DNA from: Candidatus Omnitrophota bacterium
GTDB taxonomy: Bacteria; Omnitrophota; Gorgyraeia; Zapsychrales; JANLHA01
Reading direction: 5' to 3'
DNA: 64,000 nt
Assembly (NCBI GenBank): GCA_023247795.1
Contig: JAHFFT010000008.1
Span: 1,519-65,518, forward strand
A program made the translations under genes and the position numbers. The notes beneath the pieces were generated by a model. That model was given only the letters and a program-made list of their open reading frames with translations. It was not told the DNA's origin and searched no databases. Shown here one piece after another: positions 31,276 through 41,400 of the stretch (position 1 is its first letter; every line of letters starts with the position of its first letter).

Positions 31276-32277
31276 TTATGGGACTTCGACCTCGTCAAAA
31301 ATTCGCTTAATCAAATCTTCCGATGTCTTCTCTTCGGCCTCAGCCTCGTAAGTGACAATGACCCGATGACGTAAGACATCCATCCCAATGGTTTTGATAT
31401 CTTGCGGAGTGACATATCCCCGTCCCTGCAAAAAGGCGTAAGCCCTGGCTGCCACCGCCAAATGAATGGTGGCCCGCGGCGAAGCGCCGTATTGGATCAA
31501 ACCTTTGAGTTCATTGAGCTTGTAATCCTGCGGCTGGCGGGTTGCCCCAACCAAATCAACGATATATCTCTCGATCTTCTCATCCATGTAAACTTCATTC
31601 ACCACCTGACGGGCGCGGATGATATCTTTCGGGCTGACGATCGGCCTCACGTCCGTCTTAAAATCGGTCTTAGCCATCCGACGAAGGATCGCCAGTTCTT
31701 CTTCTTTACTTGGATACGTCACCTTCAATTTCAACATAAAGCGGTCAACCTGCGCTTCCGGCAAAGGATAAGTGCCCTCCTGCTCAATGGGATTTTGCGT
31801 TGCCAAAACAAGAAACGGGTCGTCGAGCTTAAGAGTTTCCTCGCCGATCGTGACTTGCCGCTCCTGCATGGCCTCGAGCAGAGCACTCTGCACCTTGGCT
31901 GGTGAACGGTTGATCTCGTCGGCTAAAATGATGTTGGCGAAAATCGGCCCTTTTTTGATATTGAAATTCCCGGTCCGCTGATCATAAATGAGTGTTCCGG
32001 TCAAGTCCGCCGGCAGCATGTCGGGTGTGAACTGCAAACGCTGAAATTTGGTTTGGATCGCCGATGATAAGGTCTTGACCGCCGTGGTTTTGGCAAGCCC
32101 AGGGACCCCTTCGATCAAGATATGGCCGTTGGCCAAAAGACCGACGATGAGCCGCTCCAATAGCTGCTTTTGCCCGACGATGATCTTCTGCGTCTCCAGC
32201 AAAAGCGCCTCAAGAAAACTGCTTTCCTTCCTCACTCTTTCATTGATTGCCGAAATATCGAATTCTGCCATGACCAA
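31276..32277 (-). CDS. MoxR-family AAA+ ATPase
   Basis: 333 aa; Walker A GVPGLAKT, Walker B ILADEINR, LATQNP sensor region. Confidence 0.85.
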   Translation of the reverse strand: MVMAEFDISAINERVRKESSFLEALLLETQKIIVGQKQLLERLIVGLLANGHILIEGVPGLAKTTAVKTLSSAIQTKFQRLQFTPDMLPADLTGTLIYDQRTGNFNIKKGPIFANIILADEINRSPAKVQSALLEAMQERQVTIGEETLKLDDPFLVLATQNPIEQEGTYPLPEAQVDRFMLKLKVTYPSKEEELAILRRMAKTDFKTDVRPIVSPKDIIRARQVVNEVYMDEKIERYIVDLVGATRQPQDYKLNELKGLIQYGASPRATIHLAVAARAYAFLQGRGYVTPQDIKTIGMDVLRHRVIVTYEAEAEEKTSEDLIKRIFDEVEVP

Positions 32278-32340
32278 GCCTCCTCATTTTAGAAATGTAC
32301 TTTAACATTTTAACTTTTGGGAATGAAAAATATTTTAGAT

Positions 32341-32400
32341 AGAAGAAGCCACAGTGTCAAGTTTCAAGACTTGAGACTTAAAACTGGTGATTCTGATAAG
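32341..32400. repeat. Intergenic element, GTCTCAAG/CAAGT family, copy 3
   Basis: gtgtcaagtttcaagacttgagactt between moxR start and giant-1 stop. Confidence 0.5.
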
Positions 32401-32415
32401 CGGAGACCGTTCCCC

Positions 32416-32476
32416 AAGTTAACAATAAGAGGGACTGTCCCCTAAGTTGACAATAAGAGGGACTGTCCCCTACCTA
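32416..32476. repeat. Tandem ~30-bp direct repeat (aagttgacaataagagggactgtcccct x2) carrying degenerate copies of the locus palindrome, immediately after giant-1 TAG stop
   Basis: Directly visible; RC reads TAGGTAGGGGACAGTCCCTCTTATTGTCAACTTAGGGGACAGTCCCTCTTATTG. Confidence 0.75.
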
Positions 32477-35400
32477 GAAAGGCCTAAAAATTGTGGTAGA
32501 TTGGCTACCGGACGTATGCTAAGGATGATTGGGGTGAGGCCGTGAATCTCAATCGATTCCAAGTCCTGCGGACTGACCTGCAAATCTAGGCCTTGCCCAC
32601 GCACATTGAGATTGACATTTTGCGGATTGAAATCAATACCTCCGGTACTGCTGGATGATCCGGGGTTAACCTCTTTTGGTGTATCTGGGTTTCCGGTCTG
32701 TACAGCCTTGTTGCTGCTCTGCAAATTTTCCCAAAAACCAAACGCCTGGGGCGAGATTGTAATATTTGGATTTGTCGGAAGTTCTACTCTGCTCTTATCA
32801 TCTGAAGAAAGAAAAAAATTATCAAATGACTTCGCAATGGGTTCATGTTTTGCCAACATAACAGTGGCCAACAATTGATTGCCTTCGGAAAATTTTCCTC
32901 CCTTAGTATCGTGGGTTGTTTGCATTCCTTTAAGAACAACAAACACCTGATTTTGCTCCATCCTGGTGCCACTTAAGGATAAAGAATACATCCATTCAAA
33001 AAAATGCCCCAATTCATGCACCATGGTCTCAGTGGGTTGATGCAAGTGCCCCCTGCTGATTCCCGATTGTGAATCGATGGCATCAGCCAAGTTGGCGCTG
33101 ATATAAACAGTATTGGTCCCCACAAAGAGACCGGAAAAATAAGGATTCTCCTGGGCAAGCCTGAAGTCGGTAAACCCCACTTTCTGAGCCATACTTGCCA
33201 CCAAAACCATCAGCCTTTTTTCATTATCAGTTTCCGGCTTTTTTTCAATTTGAGTTAAGTCGAGATTTTTGATTGCCTGTAAAATTCTCGCCATATGTTG
33301 ATGCTGCGCGGCATGAGGATCTTCACTGGCACCTTGATAATCAACTCCCCGCTTCTCAGCCTCTCTCCTCGCCCTTTCCGCGTTGATCTTCTCCTGAGTT
33401 TGCAGACGGCGGATATAAAGACTGGTTTTCTCCTCTTTCCCTTCTTTCGTAAACACTTCCAGTTGAGTAAAAAACGATAAAAGCACCCTCTGCTTCAATT
33501 CCTTTTCTCCAGCATCAACGGCATCTACCCCATCAATCATTTGTTTCAGAGAATCCAATTCCCAATGTTGTACAGGGTGTTCCGGGATTTCTTCTTTATC
33601 ATCCACTTTCTCATGGGCCCTATTGATCCGCGAAATCAAATCGGTTAACGTCGTCGTTCTTCCTTCCTCCGAAGTCAAATCAATGTGATCGGCGTAATTA
33701 ACAACGTTCCAATAATTTTCATTCTGCGATGCCTCCCAGTCCTCTGGAAACGACTCAACCGGATAATTCACGTTATTCAATCGTTCAACAGCCAGGGCCT
33801 TATAAAACTCCAAGGCAATATATTTCTGAAGGACCTCTTTAAAATCGTTGTCCTCTTCTTCAAAGGCATCCCGATTCTGATCCACAGTCAAAGGAATTTG
33901 GATCACCAGACGAAGTCGATGAAAATGCCCGGTCCGGCTTTTGTTTTCTTCTCCCTCGTCGGATTTATCATCTGCCAGTAACAACTCAGGAATGAGGGCC
34001 AGCAAATAACTCTCCATTTTAAGGTCATGCACCCTCAAACCATTTTTATCAACGATCTGAATCGGCACCCCCGGATCCTCCGTTGAATAAATGCGCATTT
34101 TCCCCTCATATTTTATCATCTTCTTGGTGCGCGGATGCGGGGCAATGAAATCAGTCTCGGTTAATATCTTTTTTCCTTTAACAGTCAAAGGGCTCAGTTT
34201 GTTCGCGTCATGAATATCGTCCTTGAAAAAAATCTGAAAACTCTCATCCTGTGACATCCCAGCAAACATCTTCCAACTGCGTTTGGCCAGCATCTGATCC
34301 AACTGCGGAATGGTCTTCTTCAAACTCTTAACGCGGCGTACCATGAAGTTAGCTTTCAATTGACTCGCGTCGCAGCGACGCACCCTGGTCAAACGCACCT
34401 GATGGGCTTCCCGATCAAGAACCATCACAAACATAAAGGCCTGTCCGTCACGATCCTTGGCGATGATCTCAATGCGGTCAACGCCGGCAAACGTGGTATA
34501 TTTACCAGTCCCAAAATAACCAGAAATTTTTCCCAACTGAGCAAAGGCCTCTTTGGTGGATTTCGGAATGATCAAAGCGAGCATCTTGCCAGGTACCGGA
34601 CCGTTGCCATCATCACTGATCTCTTCAATCAACTCATTAGCTTCTTCGTCCTTATAAAATTCCACAACCATATTTTTTGCCCCGCCATCCTTGGAATTTT
34701 GTGGCAGCTCGGCCGCGTATCCACCGGCTTCCCTTTGTTTCTGGGTATAATTATCGATTTCTGCTTTCAACCACTCGTCGTCAGGATAAGCCGCGATCAG
34801 GTCCCTTTGCTCCACCAACTCATCAATGGTGTGCATGTCCGCTTCGGTTTCCGGCCTCTGTTTAAGATCAAGATTCCAATTTGTTATTTTCTCAACAGGA
34901 AGACCATAATCATCCTTCAAGACATCCTCTCCTAGCGGGTCAAGGCGTTTCTTGACCCGGACCGGGGGCGCCTGATTGGTCAACAAGACAACATAGTCAG
35001 CCGCGTTGCCCAGATCTTCTAACCGGCGCTCGTCCTTTAAGGCCCGCGCAATTTTGCCTGAATCAACCTCGGAAAACGACTGGTACCATTTTAAAAGATA
35101 TTCCCCGCTGATTTGCGGATCCAAAAATAATTTCAATTGCCCCATCACGATCTCGATCGCCTGATCTTCGGCCCGGCCGGCCTCTTGCAGAAATTCAACC
35201 ATTTTCACGATCGTGTTGATCTCCAAACGATCTCCCCGCAACCTTCTTAACTCTGCCAATAACTGGTAAATCATAGACATCTGCTGCCACTCCCGCAAAG
35301 TCTGCGGCAGCCAGCCCAACATCATCACTTCAACCGCGTGTTCATCAATCGACGTTAAATCGATCTGCAGATTAGGATTCATGGCCAATTCAAATAATCC

Positions 35401-38400
35401 TTCAAATAAACGCTGATAACAATCTTGGCGCGTAAGCGAATTATCAATACCTTTCACCTGCTGGATCAATCGATCAATCAAGGTCTGATTGGTTGCGTCC
35501 GCGTGATTTAACACCTCAACAATCCGCTTCATCCGTCTGCTGAATTCCTCAGACGGCAGACCTCGCGTGTCGACTACACTCGCTTGAGAATCTACGGCAG
35601 ACTTGAAACGCTGATGAATCCCCCGCTCCTGACGTCGGTAAAAATCCTTAAACCGCTCTGAAAATTTATTTTCCGGCGATTCCCGATATTCCCGTGGAAA
35701 AAGGGATAAAAACGGTTCATAGGCCGTTTGCGCCTCGCTGATCCACTGATCGTGTTTGGATAAAACCTGTTCTTCCCAAAACGTACGGATTCGCTTTTGC
35801 CGGGCAAGCTGTTGTGCGCTCACCCTTACCTTACGAACCTTTTCCAGGTAGCGATCGGGATAAAAATAACGAAATTCATTTTCTCCTCGACGAAACTGAA
35901 AGTTATGGCCATAGGCCTGATAGACCTCGAAGCCGGATTCGACTTCATCGGTGATGTCATAGAGATGATCGTCTTGATCCAACAAATAATACCTCTCGTC
36001 ACGGTCTTGAAAAAGAATGAACGTGTTGTCTTCATTGACAAAACCATTTTTTATATCCATCCGCGCCTCAGTCATTGCGTTAGAAAATATATTTTCGATC
36101 TGCCGATTTCCTTTATATTCAAAACCGACTTTATTGCCTTTTAAACTGCCCAAATCATTTGACCAGTTTGATGGAGACTCGAATACTACCTGGGGGTTAT
36201 TTCCAAATTCTTCAATAAACTTTTTCTGCCTTACAGTCCCCTCCCGCCCTAAAGTAATCAAATCATCCTGATCAGTGATTATAAATTTTGTATCACTGTA
36301 AATGTTATCGGTATCTTTATAATGCAAAGTATAATGATCATCTTCATCCTCGGCTGGAAATAGTGCAATCTCCCGCCTAACTAAAGTTAAATTTTTATTT
36401 TCATATTCGATCCAATATCTGGGCAGGTTGTCTTTACCACCATTGATGACTGCCAATTTATTAAATTTATTACGCCCATCCAATTTAATAGGTGCCTGCC
36501 TAGGTTCCGGGCCGATCTTGCCAGTAAGCGGATCCTTAATGAATTCATAAAAATACTCATTTCTTGAGTCATATTCTGCAATGAACAAATAAACCCTTTG
36601 GCCGTCTTCGGCGATCGAGATACTGCCATTACCGAGAAAATCTTTATCGAACTCGGCAACGGATATGATTTCCCCTGTTCCCAAATGAACAATCCGACAA
36701 TTAGCTTTCCCCAGATTAACAATGGCAAAATTTCCAGTGTGATCAATGAGAACGTTTTCCGCTGTTCCCTTAAATATTTTATTACCACTAACCAAATCCA
36801 TAACAAAAAATTCACTCGTTGACTGATCCTTAAGAATGACAACATCGGCGTGATGATCGACATATAATTCATCATAATACATATACCCGCGCGCCTGATG
36901 AGATCCCATTACATGATCAAAAATAAAAGCAGCCTTCCTGCCTTGGCTATCACGTCCTTCATGGATCGAAAAACGGCCGGAATGAGAAAAATAAATTTCT
37001 TGCGTTCCCAGGTATTTAAGTTGATTTCCCTTGCCATCGTCATAATCTCCAGGGTGGACTGTATGAAACATAGGCAGGTTATTCGGTAGATTGCGAATCC
37101 CATCCAGAACACCCCAAACACTGCCCATGGCCTCTGTTCGACGATATTTGATATACTTTCCTTTGACCTCAACTATTTGATACCCCTCAGCATTGAATAA
37201 TGAAATCCGCGCCTCCAACTTTTGCCGATCAACCTCTGGCTCGCCTTCCGGCTTTTCCTTGGTGAACGGCTTTGCCTCCTGATCAATCTTGGTTATGAAT
37301 CCATCATCAACAAAACGCAAGTAAGGATTGACATAGATGACATTTCGAGTTTTTGGATTTTCTAAAACAAAATATTTTCCATCGAATGAGACGACCGGAT
37401 AATCATTTGCGTCGGCAAATTCAGCGCTGGTCGTACCATCGGGCAGATCCAAAACCTTGAGCTGTTGACCTTCTCGGATGACGGCATACTGCCCATCGCT
37501 AGACATGGCGACCAAGTCATACTCAACTGGAGTATCTAGAACTTGGTCATCCAAAAAATCACGATAAGACAATAGCTTTCCGTTAGCAACGGTATAAAAG
37601 GCCACTCCTTCGCGATAATAAACGATATCGCCTTTAAACCGAACTTTTTCACCTGTTTTCATCTCTGTTGCTTCCTGTGCTTCGACTTGTTGTTCTATCA
37701 ACAATGGAAATTTGGGATGAATACTCGATAAAACATAAAGGAAGTTAAACAGCTTATTTTCTCCCCTATAAACTCTGCCAAGCAAAAGCTCCGTTAATTC
37801 AATTCGATTCGCGAATATTGAGGACATTGATTGACCAGTCGTATCCAACATAATCTCCCCATCTTGATCGACAAAAAACCGTCTCCCCTCCAAGGTCTCG
37901 ATGACACAAAATTTATCCTGATCGTCAGCGTCATTAAAGGAGCCGAAATTAACGGCTGTAATGTGATTAGCATTAGCGATGATATATGGATTTTGAAAAG
38001 GATGTTCCCATGTTAGTTCCGGGGTCGCTGCGGTACTAATCAGCTTATGCGCCGCGTGAATGTATATTTGGAGCTGACCAGAATCAGTCTTAAAAACCGA
38101 AAACCGCTGCTGCGGGTCAGTGTAAACATTCCGGCCGGTAACGACATTCCCATTTTCTAAATCCATCCAGTAGAACTTACCGTCCGCGGCTTTGAGTTTA
38201 GCCATATGTTCAATCTCGCCATATTCGTAACTTACAGCCTCAAAGACAACATTCTGATGAAATTGCAAATCCCAGCTATAAAATTTCCTTATTCCGTTCG
38301 TCTCCTCCAGCCACATCACAAAGAGGCCGTTTTTACTCATGCGGACATCGTGCGCGCGACGGTCCGGCTCATATTTAAGAACTTCGGCAAAATCATCGAC

Positions 38401-41400
38401 CTGTTTTTCGGTTTCGGTATCGAGCATCGTGATTAAATTTTGAGTCGATATCACTGTTTCCGGCACATAAGCATACCTGCCGTCTGGACTAATTAATACT
38501 TCTTGACCACGCACTCCCAATTCTCTCACATAATTACTGTCTAAAATTTTAAAGAGTATTTTCTTTTCTTTAATGAAAAGAACTTCCAACAAATAAAAAT
38601 TATTTCTTAGAGGAATGATTGATTTAAACCGATACCCTTCACGATTCTTGACCACCTGCCCAGAGTTGATATCAATCAATTGACCTTTGTCATCAATCAT
38701 ATACCGTTTCCGCGCTCCTTCCGGAACCCGTTGATTTGATGGAATCAGCTCCGGCGGGTCTTTGGTCAAAAATTGATTGATCGCCTCAGAATCAATCCCT
38801 CCGGTCGACCTGGCAAACCGATAAGTCAATCTTTCTAACAGTTCCACTGTCTTTTGCGGTGTTTCCACTTCATAAGACGTCACCACCGTCTCATCGGTTA
38901 AAAGTTTGATCAACTGGGCTTGCTGGTAAAGCTCGATCTGCTCGCCCATCGTTAACTTTTGCCGTTTCCTACGTTCAACCAAAGCATTGAAGCGGGCCAC
39001 AAATTTTTTCGGGATCGCCACATACCCATCACCCTTAATCCGCGGAAGGGGGTGCTTCTTTAAAAAATCAAAGGTGTTGATATCAAAATTTTCAAATTCG
39101 TTGATAGTGTCCTCTTTGAAATCCACGGCCACCAAAGGAATTTCCCGGTCTTTTCCGTCGATGTTTCGAATCAAACGAAAAACAGCGGTGTCAACAACCT
39201 CAGCGCCTAAGGCCTTCAAACTGATCTGATCGTTCCAGTCAAAAAGGTGTTTGTCCAAATAAATGGTGGGATGTCCTGTTTCCACCTGGGCGAACTGCCG
39301 ATCATGCGGCAAAAAAACATACCCTTGGCTTTGCAGGTCCGCGACCACAGCCGCGATTCTATTTTTGACCGCATCGGTGATCTTACGGACGATATACTGA
39401 TTGTCCTCATTGTTTCCAGCCAAGGCCTGTAACCCGATGATCATCATGTTGATATATTTCAGCAGCCCGACAGGATCAGCATCGAGTTCAGGATTGGCTA
39501 GCAAGCCTTCCACCATCCGCTCAACGGCAAGTTTGATCGGCCAGCGCTGCCGCGGATCGTGTTCAGAAGGAAAAATGATCCCGCTCCTTGCCTGGTTGAT
39601 CTCAACCATGATCCCAAATTCCAGCACCAGTTTCCCCGGCACAATCGCGTCTGGATTGATCTTTTCGCCGACGGGGATTGTGGTGATGACCTCCTCGCGC
39701 CGGGCGATCGCGATCTCTGACTTTTGCTTTTTCGTGTCATGGATCACCATCAATTCCTTTAACTCGTCCTCTAAATTCTGTTCGGTCACGTAAGCGGGCC
39801 TTTTCTCCCCGCCCGCGGGCACCATCATCCGACTGACAGGTGAAGCCCCCATCCCTTTACCGTTATCAATGACCTTAATTTCGCGATCATCAAAAATGAG
39901 ATTGATTTCCTTACCCGTCGACTGTTTATCTTCGATGGTCGCGGCCCTTTGACCTGCCGGCATCAGGATACGGCGATGCTCTGCGCCGTTGACGACTTCC
40001 TCTATCCCACGCAATCTGGTTTTAATGGCGATATCCTTAACATAAGCGAATCGGTCATGGATTTCTTCTTTGATGCTCGTCAAGGAATTGAGGGATTTAT
40101 GTTCGTAAGGAATTTTTCCTTTGAGCTTTACACGTATAACCGTGCCGTTTTCATAAGCATTGTTTTCGGCGGCGGCCCGAAAATCATTCCTGGAAACCGC
40201 TTTGATCTGGATATACCATTGCCCGGTTGGGACGCGCAGGATCGTGAGCTGATATGGTGTACCACCTTTCTGTAGAGTATGCACATCAATCCGGTCCTCG
40301 CCGGTCGCCTCCAGCCAGCGGATGATCTGTTTGACCCCTTTTCCAAACTGTCCGAGCCGGCCGCCCAAAGCGTCAATGCTGTTTGAGGCCGCCTCAATGA
40401 TCCCTTGTTTGCGGGCGTTGCTCCCTTGCTTAAAAACTGTCTTTTCCAGCAAGTCCGACGGTTTATAAGTACCGGCGTTGATGGCATCGATTGATTCACC
40501 GTCGTAACCGCTCAAAGATAGGTGTTGAAGGATCTGCTGATAATAATTTTTCCTTTTCCTTGGATTGTATTCGCTTTCATCCGTGATGATGTTTAATTTT
40601 TTCAAAACCGCCTTGAGTTCATCTCCCTTCAAGCTGCCCTTTTCCATCCGCTCTTGAGCACGAATGAAATGCCAAATGCTGACACCATGGAACCCCTTGC
40701 CGTCGTCGTATTCCTTGGTGGTTGGACTGTTTTTAATTTCGTCGGTGGAACTCAACATCAACTTATCCATGCTGGACGCTGGCGCGGCATCCATTTGACC
40801 CGACGCTGGTCCGACAATGTCTTGCGTCAGCGTGTCAACAATCTCGACCTCGCCGTGGGAGAGCAACGCGGCAGCACTCACAGAAGAAACTTGCCGGAAA
40901 ACCCTTTCTGTTTCAACTCCGGCATTGGTCCCGCCGCCAAAATACTTGCGCGGGATCGCGCTTTTCGAAACAGGATCGGATTCTTCCCGAATCAAGTTAT
41001 AAACCCCCTTGCGGTAAGCCTCGATATACCGTTCATAAATCTTCTGGTTCACACGCTCATCCTCAACTTGAACACCGTTGGTCTTATTCTGATTCACGTA
41101 CTTTTGGCCCAGCAAACTTGACTTAAGAGCGCGCTTGTACCACGTCGCCAAGATAAGCGCGTCATAGATCTGGCGCAGTTGACCAAAATGCGATCCCTCG
41201 TTGATTTCCTTTTCTAAGGCCGGCAAAACGATTTCGCGCATGACGGTGTTCGACAATTCATTCAATGGTTCCGCATCCTTTGCCGCTGTTGAGTCCGGTC
41301 CCTTTTGATCCTTTTGCCGATTGGCGTCAGCAGCCAAATAGTCCGCATCCAGCATGACCTTAAGGTGACTCTTGACGATATACGCGGTATTTTCGTGGGT

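Noticed and set aside
33008-33022. HELGH taken as a definite metalloprotease active site
   Set aside because: HExxH occurs by chance in a 3,000-aa protein. The third zinc ligand cannot be placed confidently, so it is reported only as a candidate.
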